Part shown: piece by piece, positions 17,968 through 26,570 of the stretch
Numbering within the stretch: the first letter of the stretch is position 1
Layout of the letters: the number at the start of each line of letters is the position of its first letter
Assembly: GCA_027459565.1 (NCBI GenBank)
Contig: DAIDIA010000061.1
Span: forward strand, 1 to 34,743
DNA from: Acidimicrobiaceae bacterium
GTDB taxonomy: Bacteria; Actinomycetota; Acidimicrobiia; Acidimicrobiales; Bog-793
Length of the DNA: 34,743 nucleotides
Reading direction: 5' to 3'
The notes under the pieces: generated by a model
Database searches by the model: none
Told to the model about the DNA's origin: nothing
What the model saw: only the letters and a program-made list of their open reading frames with translations
Program-made: the position numbers and the translations under genes

Positions 17968-18753
17968 TCACTGGCGATAGGTGGGATCCTTCTCATCGAC
18001 CTCGCGTCTCAACGCCTCAAAGACTCTCACTCCGGCGCGGTCGGATGCCATCTGATTTTGGAAATCCGCGGACGACCGGTCACGCGCTTCCTGGGTGACA
18101 GTGACGATTGGAGAGCCGGTCCCAAGCATGGTGACCTGAAGCTCACAGGCCCGTTCAACTGTCCAGAGGCGAAAGAAGGCGGAGGCCAGCGTCGATCCCG
18201 TCGTCAGGAGGCCATGGTTGCGAAGGACAAGGATGTTGCGGTCACCGAGGTCGTCGACAAGACGTTTTTGCTCGCCGATCTCGAGGGTGATTCCCTCAAA
18301 ATCGTGATAGCTCACCTGATCCGCAAGCATCGCTGAGTAGAAGTTGTTGCCATCCAACCCACTTTGGAGGCCCGCGACCGCGGAACCTGCGGTCGTATGC
18401 GTGTGCATGACCGCATGGACGTCTGCTCGAGCCCGATGGATCGCGGTGTGGATGATCGAACCCGCCGGATTCACCGGCCAGTCACTCTTTCCGACCAGAT
18501 TTCCGTCGAGATCGATCTTGATGAGGTTCGAGGCGGTCACCTCCCGGTAGTGAAGTCCGAACGGGTTGATCAACAGATTCGGCGTACTCCCCGGAACTCG
18601 CACCGAGATGTGATTGAAGATCAGTTCGGTCCAGCCCAGAAGATCGAATATCCGATAGCACGCCGCGAGTTCAACCCGAAGCGACCACTCTTGATCAGAT
18701 ATCGAGGCGTAGGGACTTTTACCGGCCGTCGAAACAGGCTGCGTGAGCTGCAC
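17968..18753 (-). CDS. class II aldolase/adducin-head family protein (paralogue 2)
   Basis: Contains the metal-His cluster AVMHTHTTAG and RNHGLLTTGSTLASA. Same architecture as the ORF at 1571-2332. Confidence 0.8.
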   Translation of the reverse strand: MQLTQPVSTAGKSPYASISDQEWSLRVELAACYRIFDLLGWTELIFNHISVRVPGSTPNLLINPFGLHYREVTASNLIKIDLDGNLVGKSDWPVNPAGSIIHTAIHRARADVHAVMHTHTTAGSAVAGLQSGLDGNNFYSAMLADQVSYHDFEGITLEIGEQKRLVDDLGDRNILVLRNHGLLTTGSTLASAFFRLWTVERACELQVTMLGTGSPIVTVTQEARDRSSADFQNQMASDRAGVRVFEALRREVDEKDPTYRQ

Positions 18754-18795
18754 AGATCATCCTCCTCGTCAGAAGCTTCAGCCTTCATATCACGT

Positions 18796-18916
18796 GCATT
18801 CCATCGTGCAATTCGGGTAACGCCTGGTCCATGGAAGCGGGTCGACTCGATCGAGAGAACAATATTACATAACGAACCTTATAGGCGTTATATCGGAAGG
18901 GCATTCCATTGTGCGA
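18796..18916. promoter_or_regulatory. pair of about 15-bp direct repeats GCATTCCATYGTGCRA flanking an AT-rich stretch upstream of aldolase paralogue 2
   Basis: GCATTCCATCGTGCA is at 18796-18810 and GCATTCCATTGTGCGA at 18901-18916, with starts 105 bp apart. Between them lies AT-rich AACAATATTACATAACGAACCTTATAGGCGTTATATCGG, which contains ATAACG...CGTTAT arms. Confidence 0.3.
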
Positions 18917-19003
18917 CAGCCCTGGTTGGACTCAATTCGCTGTTCACGAGAGCCTCCTGACGCGAGACCGCTTTGATCCTGCGCGCAACGTGGCAGCCCG
19001 CCA

Positions 19004-20527
19004 TCAAATGGTTGCGGGGAGATACCGCTCCGGATCTGCGTCGAACGCGAGCGCACATCCGGTGTTGCAGAACCAATAGTCCACGCCGTTGTAAGTCCGG
19101 TGTGCCGCCGCACTTTCGGGATCAACCGTCATGTGACAGACGGGATCTACGGATGACTGCCCGGCAGACGAGCCACCAGAGTCATCCGCTGTACCTGCTG
19201 GGACGTCCATCCCGGGGTGGGAGGCTCCTGCATCAAGGTAGCGGTGCGGATCCCGCTGGAAGCGGTCCTTGCAACGGTCCGAGCAGAAGTAGTACTCAAG
19301 TCCCCCGAACTTGACGTGCGCGGGGGCCTTGTCGCGTTCGACCTGCATTCCGCACACGGGGTCGATCGCGTAGGCGCCACCCCCGCCAAATCTCCTTCGA
19401 TTCCTCGCGAGCCACCAAACCATGACAGCAACAAGAATAAATACAAAATCGAGATACGTGGTGTAATTCCATGCGAAATGCGAGGTCATGGTCTTCGCGC
19501 CGGATCTGACCGGCACATGGTAGAAAAGGCCGAAGAGCCCCTCGGTGGCGAGACCCGAGACCACCATGACCGGATAGAACAGCGCCACAATCCGAAGCGT
19601 CAGCGGCCACCCGTAAAGTCTCCGGTAGACCAGGATCAACGGCATCGAGATGAGATCGGCAAAGATGAACGCGATGACGCCTCCGAAACTTATCCCGCCA
19701 TTCCAGAGCGCAGCGGCCAACGGAACATTGCCGATCGAACAGACCCAACTGATCATTGCAACGATGGGACCAACGGCGGCGTTCTCGAATGTTGTCAGAC
19801 CGCCATGCCCATGGAGGAAGAGACTGTTCCAAAAATGCACCGGAACGAGCGCTGCGAGGAACCCCGCGACCAGATAGCCGATTGCGAGCTCCTTTCTCAG
19901 CATGGTGACGTCAGAGATCGCGTATTGAGCTGCATCGGCCAACGCCGCACGAGTCGTGCGCTCGTGATGCGGTGACTCTTCCTCGATGTGGGTTTGCTCC
20001 CCCGGCCGCGACGGTTGACAACTCGGATCCCCAAGTGCGTGGGAACTCTCAAGATCGAGACGCCGCTTCGCTGCCTCGAGCAGTGGCCGGGAAAAGACCA
20101 TCCCTCCAAGGAGAGCAATGAGAACAATCATGATGGGTCCACCGACGAACTCTCCGACGGCAAACTGCCAACCGAGAAGCACGACGAGGACAACCCCGAG
20201 TTCGACCACGAGATTTGTCGATGCGATCATGAAGATCATGGCCGCGGTGAAGTCCGCTCCCTTGCTGAAAAGCGATTTCGCCATAGCCGACGCCGCATAA
20301 GAGCAGCTTGAGGAGACGACTCCGTAGGCAGAGGCACGGGCCACCGATGCCGCTCCGTGGTCTCCGAGCCGCTGTTGCATCTTGTCACGAGAGACGAAAG
20401 ACTGCACGACTCCCGAGAGGGAGAACCCGAGCACCAGCGCCCAGAGGCTCTCCCAAAACATGTAGAAGGCCTCTCGGAGGCCATGGGCTAGCCCACTGAA
20501 GAACGCAAGCGTTGCAAAGAGCTGCAT
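19004..20527 (-). CDS. PF03773/SO_0444-like predicted metal permease fused to two C-terminal YHS (TRASH-type) metal-binding domains
   Basis: The polytopic N-terminal part of about 390 aa carries the conserved SSSCSYAA and WVCSIGNVPLAAAL segments. Two YHS modules follow: DPVCGMQVERDKAPAHVKFGGLEYYFCSDRCKDRFQRDPHRY and DPVCHMTVDPESAAAHRTYNGVDYWFCNTGCALAFDADPERY. Confidence 0.75.
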   Translation of the reverse strand: MQLFATLAFFSGLAHGLREAFYMFWESLWALVLGFSLSGVVQSFVSRDKMQQRLGDHGAASVARASAYGVVSSSCSYAASAMAKSLFSKGADFTAAMIFMIASTNLVVELGVVLVVLLGWQFAVGEFVGGPIMIVLIALLGGMVFSRPLLEAAKRRLDLESSHALGDPSCQPSRPGEQTHIEEESPHHERTTRAALADAAQYAISDVTMLRKELAIGYLVAGFLAALVPVHFWNSLFLHGHGGLTTFENAAVGPIVAMISWVCSIGNVPLAAALWNGGISFGGVIAFIFADLISMPLILVYRRLYGWPLTLRIVALFYPVMVVSGLATEGLFGLFYHVPVRSGAKTMTSHFAWNYTTYLDFVFILVAVMVWWLARNRRRFGGGGAYAIDPVCGMQVERDKAPAHVKFGGLEYYFCSDRCKDRFQRDPHRYLDAGASHPGMDVPAGTADDSGGSSAGQSSVDPVCHMTVDPESAAAHRTYNGVDYWFCNTGCALAFDADPERYLPATI

Positions 20528-21279
20528 CAGTTGACCTCGCCCTCCCCTCTCGCGTCGCCTTCCTCAGGTCCGTCCGATTGCACGTCGAGATTACCGGCCC
20601 GAGGTGGCCACAGAACCCCGAGTCGCGGACTCTCGATTCGCTGTTCACGACAGTCCAGATAGGCAACGGAGCCCCACACGTGGCGGTCGATCTCGATATC
20701 AAAGGGCCAGCAGCTGTCGTCAATTACGCCAAGATACAGATTCGGCTGGAATGCATCGGGAACGGCAAGGCTCGCATCCAAGAATGCCTCCTCGAGACTC
20801 CGTGGAACGTAGAAGGTCGCCGGTCCGTCGAGATCCCCAACCTCGAGATATTGCGCGACGGCCGCGCCCCCACCGATGACCCACCGGCGGTCTTCTCGAA
20901 GACGCCTGATCGCGGACGACGTGGCGCTGCAGGCTCTAAACGAAGCCCGACCTTTGAGTCGATGACAGAGTTGCGCGTGATCTCTGGTCGCGTACTCGGC
21001 AAGACGAGCCCGCTCCTGGCGATGGAGGGACCGCGACTGCGGGCGTCCCTCCCAGTCCCCGAGCAACGCCCATACAAGACGCTGGCTGAGGGGCCGACCG
21101 GAATAGGTTTCACGAAGCGTGGTCGTGCGCATCGAATCTTCGTCCACGAACCATTGATGCCCTATCCGAGTCGCTGGCAACGCGCCAGACCTGATAAGGG
21201 CGCGGACGTGCGCGGGGCTGCAACCAAGATACGCTGCCGCCTCAGGTACGGGCACTACCGACTCCAAATTCATCGTCAC
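20527..21279 (-). CDS. excisionase/MerR-superfamily HTH (HTH_17-like) DNA-binding protein with an unassigned C-terminal domain of about 190 aa
   Basis: The N-terminus VPEAAAYLGCSPAHVRALIRSGALPATRIGHQWFVDEDS matches the excisionase-type HTH pattern. The stop overlaps the permease ATG (TGATG). The start is GTG 21279 or, as I prefer, ATG 21273. Confidence 0.65.
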   Translation of the reverse strand: MTMNLESVVPVPEAAAYLGCSPAHVRALIRSGALPATRIGHQWFVDEDSMRTTTLRETYSGRPLSQRLVWALLGDWEGRPQSRSLHRQERARLAEYATRDHAQLCHRLKGRASFRACSATSSAIRRLREDRRWVIGGGAAVAQYLEVGDLDGPATFYVPRSLEEAFLDASLAVPDAFQPNLYLGVIDDSCWPFDIEIDRHVWGSVAYLDCREQRIESPRLGVLWPPRAGNLDVQSDGPEEGDARGEGEVN

Positions 21280-21313
21280 ACTATAGTACGATCAAGATGC
21301 CTATAGTGTGACG
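21274..21313. promoter_or_regulatory. perfect inverted repeat, 13-bp arms and 14-nt spacer (candidate operator, leaderless promoter or terminator hairpin)
   Basis: CGTCACACTATAG (21274-21286) is the exact reverse complement of CTATAGTGTGACG (21301-21313). The minus strand reads C-TATAGT-GTGACG-ATG. Confidence 0.6.
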
Positions 21314-21358
21314 GTACCGCTCAGCCTGGTTCTCCCTGATCGCTCACGTCGCCCAAGG

Positions 21359-22573
21359 TCATTTCTCGGAGTAGACAGACTCCGGCATCTCGGACTTGAG
21401 GCCCTCCTTTGCGAGCTCTGACTCAAACATCTTGCGAACAAAGGGATCCTCCTCCCCGTATGCGATCGAGCTACCCCCCTCCCCAATGTTGAGATTGCCG
21501 CTCGTGATCTGCTTGGACTCGTCCCCATCATCTCGACCCATCGACCCACGGATGTTTGTTGGGCCGCCCCAGTAATTGATGACGCGAAACGGCTCCTTCG
21601 AAACGTTGAAGTGCTGATGGAACCACATGCCTCCCCCGGGTGCGGCAGCCACCAAACCGCCTTGGGTGTAGTGGATCGTTCGCACCTGATCTCCGTTTCC
21701 GTCCTTCCAGGGCGTCATTCCAAGTTCGCGGGGCCAGTTGAAGGTGTAACCGCGGCCGCGAAGGCAGACGAGGACTGCACCCGCAGCATGCCAGTGAGCC
21801 CGCGAGTAGCGACCCGGCGGATACTGCGAGATGAATCCGCAGTGGTCGTACTCGAACCCCCGGAAACCGGGTTGGATCCGCCGATAACCCGGGAGGCGCT
21901 GATTATCGAGGGGAAGGTCTGCGTTGATGATGTCCGGGAAGAAGTTGGTCCTCGCCTGGGCTCGCTGGTTGACCGGAACCTTGTAGAGCTTGTCGTCGTA
22001 TCTATAGAAGTCTTCATCTTCGGAATAGTGAGCCTTGAAGATGTAGTCATTGTCAAAGATGAAGTCTTGGTCGCGATGAATATTCCAGATCGGAGGGGCA
22101 TTCGTGGTGGCGATAATCACGACCCGCTGATTTGTGGCGTTCACCAGGCGGTGCATGATGTTCGGTGGAAAGTACATCAGCGAACCGGGCTGCCACTCGG
22201 TGATGCGTCTGTCTGTCGACCCCTTGACCCAGGTCTCGGTCGTGCCGCGACCCTCGATCACGAGATAGAACTCATGGTAGAGGTGACGTTCCGGGTTGAG
22301 CACTCCGCCGCCGGGGATCTCGAGTACATACATGCCCTTAATTCCGTCATTCCCATCGAGGTACAGATACGCACCGCGCGCGCCCATTCGGTCCCAATCC
22401 CCAAGGTCGAGATCGCGCACGTTGCTCACACCGATTCCTGTGTAGATCGGAATCCCTTCGGTTTCAATGAACTCGCGGTACGGAGTCTTCACCCGATCCC
22501 AGGTACGCAACCCCGCCCGATCCCGATCCTCTGACGTGGGCGGGGTAAACAGTTCCTTATTGAGCTCTTCCAT
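21359..22573 (-). CDS. bicupin protein (two cupin barrels; gentisate-dioxygenase-like superfamily), function unknown
   Basis: The first barrel has HLYHEFYLVIEGRG...YFPPNIMHRLVN and the second has AHWHAAGAVLVCLRGRG...GMWFHQHFN. AGGAGAGG lies upstream of ATG 22573. Confidence 0.6.
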   Translation of the reverse strand: MEELNKELFTPPTSEDRDRAGLRTWDRVKTPYREFIETEGIPIYTGIGVSNVRDLDLGDWDRMGARGAYLYLDGNDGIKGMYVLEIPGGGVLNPERHLYHEFYLVIEGRGTTETWVKGSTDRRITEWQPGSLMYFPPNIMHRLVNATNQRVVIIATTNAPPIWNIHRDQDFIFDNDYIFKAHYSEDEDFYRYDDKLYKVPVNQRAQARTNFFPDIINADLPLDNQRLPGYRRIQPGFRGFEYDHCGFISQYPPGRYSRAHWHAAGAVLVCLRGRGYTFNWPRELGMTPWKDGNGDQVRTIHYTQGGLVAAAPGGGMWFHQHFNVSKEPFRVINYWGGPTNIRGSMGRDDGDESKQITSGNLNIGEGGSSIAYGEEDPFVRKMFESELAKEGLKSEMPESVYSEK

Positions 22574-22716
22574 GGCCTCTCCTCAAACCTTCCAAATGCT
22601 CTCAGAGTCGCTGGGGGCAAGTACTTAGAGCATAGAACTATTAGATACCCCAACCCAATTCAAGTACAAGCCTGCATCGAAACTCCGAATGCCCGGATCG
22701 CGACGTGAGCGGCGTC

Positions 22717-24612
22717 TTAACTGCCGTCGGCCTCCGAAGGTACCGCAGGCTCCGCGAACTGGGTCCGATAGAGCTCCGAATACAGCCCATGGGCAGCGAT
22801 GAGGTCCTCGTGTCGGCCACGCTGAACGATACGTCCGGCCTCAAGTACGAGAATCTGATCGGCGTTCCTGATGGTTGAAAGGCGATGTGCAATGACTAAA
22901 GAGGTCCTTCCCGTCAATGCCGTGTCAAGCGCGCGCTGCACCGCAGCTTCCGATTCGGAGTCAAGATGTGCCGTCGCCTCGTCAAGCACGACGACGTCTG
23001 GGGCTTTCAGGAGCAGACGCGCAATCGCGAGTCTTTGTTTTTCTCCCCCCGAGAGGCGATAGCCCCGATCGCCGACAAGTGTGTCAAGGCCGTCGGGGAG
23101 CGACTCAACAAGACTAAGAATCTGTGCCTGGGACAGCGCGGCATACATCTGTTCTTCAGTTGCGTCCGGCTCCGCAAAGGCAAGATTCGATCGAATGGTG
23201 TCGTGGAAGAGATGTGCGTCCTGCGTGACTACTCCAACCGCGGCCCGCAACGAGGCAAAGGATGCATTGCGAACATCGACTCCGTTGATCAGTACCGCAC
23301 CTTCGGTCACATCGTAAATACGGCTTACAAGATGGCTCAGCGAGGTCTTGCCGGCACCCGAGTGACCTACAAGCGCGACCATTTGACCGGGTTCGATGGT
23401 GAAGCTGAGATCGTGCAGGACTTCCACGCGACGATGAGTTTCGAGTACAGCCACCGATTCAAGTGAGGCAAGTGATACCTCTTCTGACGATGGATAGGCA
23501 AACGAAACGTTGCGGAATTCAACTCGTGCCGGCCCTCTAGGAATCGCCTGCGGGGCCTCAACCTCACGCACCATCGGAGCGAGATCGAGTACCTCGAACA
23601 CGCGGTCAAATGAGACAAGCGCGGTCATGACATCCACCTGAACATTGGCGAGAGCAGTCAAGGGGCCGTAGAGACGCGCCAGATACGCCGTCAGTGCAAC
23701 GATCGTCCCGACATTCATTGCACCGCGGACTGCGAGCACGCCCCCCCATCCGTAGACGAGCGCCGTCGCTAGCGACGCGGTCAACGAGAGCGACACGAAG
23801 AAGATTCGAGCGTACATCGCCTGGGTAATGCCAATATCCCGGACTCTTCCGGCGCGCCGGTTGAAGTTCTCTCGCTCGATTGACGGACGACCGAATATCT
23901 TGACGAGCAGCGCTCCGGCCACGTTGAATCTCTCGGTCATCATCGTGGTGAGCTCTGCATTCAATCCATACGACTCCCGAGTGATCTTCTGGAGGCGGCG
24001 ACCAACACGACGAGCCGGAATGATGAAAACGGGAAGGAGGGCGATCGCCACAAGGGTGATCGGCCACGAGAGAAACAGCATGGCGGTTCCCACAAGCAGC
24101 ACCGTGACGAAATTGCTGACCACATTTTGCAAAATGTCAGTAAAGGCCTGTTGCGCGCCCAGTACGTCGTTGTTGAGCCGAGAGACAAGAGCTCCGGTCT
24201 GTGTTCTTGTGAAAAACGCAATGGGCATGAGCGAGACATGCGCAAAAACCTTCGATCGCATGTCAAAGATCAGACCTTCTCCAACACGAGAGGAGATTGC
24301 CCGCTGTGAAATCGTCAACGCTGCGTCAAATATCGCGAGAAAGGCAATCAGAAGCGCCAGCTTCACCACTACGGGTGAATTGTGCTTGGCTATCCCGTCA
24401 TTAATGATTCTGCGATAGATCAGCGGATTCGCGACGCCAACGAATGCATCGACGATAATGAGGACGAGGAAGACCGAGAGCATCACTTTGTACGGAGAGG
24501 CGAAATTGATAATTCGCCTCCAAATGCCGCGAGGCAGTTCGTGTTTGAGGACCGAGGGGTCGCGCGTCATATTGCGGTGGGCACCCCGCATCGAGCCCAT
24601 TCCCATACCCAT
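22717..24612 (-). CDS. ABC exporter, fused permease and ATPase (MsbA/ABCB type)
   Basis: An N-terminal domain of about 6 TM segments is followed by Walker A GHSGAGKTS, the signature LSGGEKQR and Walker B VVVLDEATAHLD. Confidence 0.9.
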   Translation of the reverse strand: MGMGMGSMRGAHRNMTRDPSVLKHELPRGIWRRIINFASPYKVMLSVFLVLIIVDAFVGVANPLIYRRIINDGIAKHNSPVVVKLALLIAFLAIFDAALTISQRAISSRVGEGLIFDMRSKVFAHVSLMPIAFFTRTQTGALVSRLNNDVLGAQQAFTDILQNVVSNFVTVLLVGTAMLFLSWPITLVAIALLPVFIIPARRVGRRLQKITRESYGLNAELTTMMTERFNVAGALLVKIFGRPSIERENFNRRAGRVRDIGITQAMYARIFFVSLSLTASLATALVYGWGGVLAVRGAMNVGTIVALTAYLARLYGPLTALANVQVDVMTALVSFDRVFEVLDLAPMVREVEAPQAIPRGPARVEFRNVSFAYPSSEEVSLASLESVAVLETHRRVEVLHDLSFTIEPGQMVALVGHSGAGKTSLSHLVSRIYDVTEGAVLINGVDVRNASFASLRAAVGVVTQDAHLFHDTIRSNLAFAEPDATEEQMYAALSQAQILSLVESLPDGLDTLVGDRGYRLSGGEKQRLAIARLLLKAPDVVVLDEATAHLDSESEAAVQRALDTALTGRTSLVIAHRLSTIRNADQILVLEAGRIVQRGRHEDLIAAHGLYSELYRTQFAEPAVPSEADGS

Positions 24613-24754
24613 AAATGTTCACCGGCCCCAATGCATGTAAAATCAGCTCAAGAGAGCAAGATTTGCCGTCTTTGGCAGCGTATCGGTCAAGAAGTCTCTC
24701 CAGAACTTCAAACTTTCATCATCCACTCGCGAAAGGTCATAGGCTGACTGAGTT

Positions 24755-26092
24755 ATGTCACGCAGAATTGATATAGAACTGACATCGTCGCGAGCCGATG
24801 GTACGTGGACCTGGAGGGCCGCTGGGGCAAAACAGCCTCGCGGCATCATCGAGCAGAGTCTGCTCGGCTCTGCTGCGAAAGTTGGCGATGTACTCCGAGT
24901 CGAGACGGAGATCGGGCTTGACGGCATCGAAGTCATCGGTGTGGTGCCGTCAAAATCTCCTCACAGAGAGGCTGACCGCATCGAACTGATCGCACCACGC
25001 GTGGAGAAGTTCGAAGGGGTTATCACGACATTGGTCCCGAAGTCCGAAAAGCGCGGTCGCGAGCGACGACACGGCTCGAACGACGACTCCGGACCCGGTT
25101 CGCGACCACGTCCCAACCGACGCACAGAGTCTCGTGGTGTCGTTGGAGCGGCGCGGCCAGCCCGGGCAACCCGACCCGAACGGGGCGAACGGGTTGGACG
25201 CCCCCAGAGCGCTGAGCACCCGAGGCCCGAGGGTGCCGACGTCGTTGCGCGCCGCACAGGCAAGACCTCACGCCCGCGCCCGACGCGTCTGGTTCCAAAG
25301 ACCGCGCGCCGAGACGCTCTGCTTGAATCTCTACCTCCGGAACAGCGGGCCGTTGCCGAGCAACTTGCGATAGGTGGGCTCCCATCGGTACGCCGGGCGC
25401 TTCAAGAGCAACAGGCCAGTGACCGTGGAGCTGGACGACCCGCCGTCGGTGGCGAGTCAATCATCGCCCTCGCAGAGGAGTTGCTTCCCTCGATCCGCGA
25501 GGCAGTTTGGCTCGACCGGGCCGAGGCAGCACTCGAACGTCTCGAGACGATAAGCCTTCGCGATCTTCGCGCCACGGTTGCCGGCGCGACTGCAAAGGGC
25601 GAAGAGTCGAAGGTGCTGCTCGGGAGACTGCGTACCGCGCTTGAAGATCGCCTCACGAAGCTGCGCACCAAATGGGAACAGGAGATCACTCATGCGCTTG
25701 AAGAGGGTCGGGTGCTTCAGGCCCTGCGTCTCTCTGCGAAGCCGCCCGAGCCAAGCACCCGGTTACCGGCCACCCTCGTAGAGCCTCTGGCAACCGCAGC
25801 GGGACAGGCGCTGAATGCGACGACCCAGCCCGAGCGATGGATCTCCTTGCTTGAGGCCGCTTCGATTTCTCCGATTCGACGCTCGATACATCCCGCGGGA
25901 ATGCCGGTTGATCCGACGAATGCAGTTCGACTGGCGGCAAGTGCCGCTGCAGGCCAGGTTCCGGCGCTCGCAAAACTCCTCGGACTTGCCATACCTCCCC
26001 CACCGCGACCGATGGTTGCCCACAGACCCACGCCAGCCGTTGTCGATGCAACGGCGAGGGATTCGGCACCCGAGCCGGCAACCGCACTGTGA
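24755..26092 (+). CDS. hypothetical protein: small N-terminal domain, Arg/Pro-rich basic linker, Ala/Leu-rich helical C-terminal region
   Basis: 445-aa ORF with a coding-like third-position GC bias. The linker RGRERRHGSNDDSGPGSRPRPNRRTESRG...RPRPTRLVPKTARR is low complexity. I recognise no motif. Confidence 0.6.
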   Translation: MSRRIDIELTSSRADGTWTWRAAGAKQPRGIIEQSLLGSAAKVGDVLRVETEIGLDGIEVIGVVPSKSPHREADRIELIAPRVEKFEGVITTLVPKSEKRGRERRHGSNDDSGPGSRPRPNRRTESRGVVGAARPARATRPERGERVGRPQSAEHPRPEGADVVARRTGKTSRPRPTRLVPKTARRDALLESLPPEQRAVAEQLAIGGLPSVRRALQEQQASDRGAGRPAVGGESIIALAEELLPSIREAVWLDRAEAALERLETISLRDLRATVAGATAKGEESKVLLGRLRTALEDRLTKLRTKWEQEITHALEEGRVLQALRLSAKPPEPSTRLPATLVEPLATAAGQALNATTQPERWISLLEAASISPIRRSIHPAGMPVDPTNAVRLAASAAAGQVPALAKLLGLAIPPPPRPMVAHRPTPAVVDATARDSAPEPATAL

Positions 26093-26100
26093 GCGTCTGT

Positions 26101-26550
26101 CTATAGCGTTCGGTGCAAGATAAGAAGTCGCGCGCGATAGCCGCGTTCTTCAAGCGAGGATTTCAGGATCTGGTCTCCTGGAAGACTGACAACGTCGAGT
26201 TCACTAACGCCTCGAGAACGTGCTTCATCCTCTGCGGCCAGAATGAGCCCGCGAACTACCTCGGTCACATCCCGGTGATCATCGGCGCAAAAGAGCTCGA
26301 GATGACCACGCGAGACCGCATCTGTAGGTTCAATTCCGAGATCCCCAACGCCGAGGAGATCGTGTTCTCGCAAACAGAGCAACACGGGGTGATCATCGTT
26401 TGAACCCACCTCGCTCGGATGCGCGACAAGATATGAGCCGTCGAAATAGTCTCGCGCTCCACGTCTTGATCTGCGCCTGACGCAGAATTCTTCGAGGAAA
26501 CTCACGATCTGCGGGACATCGCTGACAGTTGCAAGCCGCACGTCAAGCAT
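26101..26550 (-). CDS. GNAT-fold-like (acetyltransferase-like) protein, divergent
   Basis: MLDVRLATVSDVPQIVSFLEE... and ...LILAAEDEARSRGVSELDVVSLPGDQILKSSLEERGYR follow the GNAT beta4-alpha3/alpha4 pattern. The R/Q-x-x-G-x-G/A acetyl-CoA loop is not evident. ATG 26550 avoids overlap with the DUF4193 gene. The ORF track allows 26580. Confidence 0.4.
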   Translation of the reverse strand: MLDVRLATVSDVPQIVSFLEEFCVRRRSRRGARDYFDGSYLVAHPSEVGSNDDHPVLLCLREHDLLGVGDLGIEPTDAVSRGHLELFCADDHRDVTEVVRGLILAAEDEARSRGVSELDVVSLPGDQILKSSLEERGYRARLLILHRTL

Positions 26551-26570
26551 CGGCTTTTCCAAGCGGTCTC

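Noticed and set aside
20512-21306. 264-aa plus-strand ORF almost coextensive with the HTH gene
   Set aside because: It is Arg/Pro-rich and featureless. The minus-strand frame has a clear excisionase-type HTH and is translationally coupled to the permease.
21611-22534. 307-aa plus-strand ORF
   Set aside because: It is antisense to the bicupin gene and has no motifs. The minus-strand frame carries cupin signatures and an SD.
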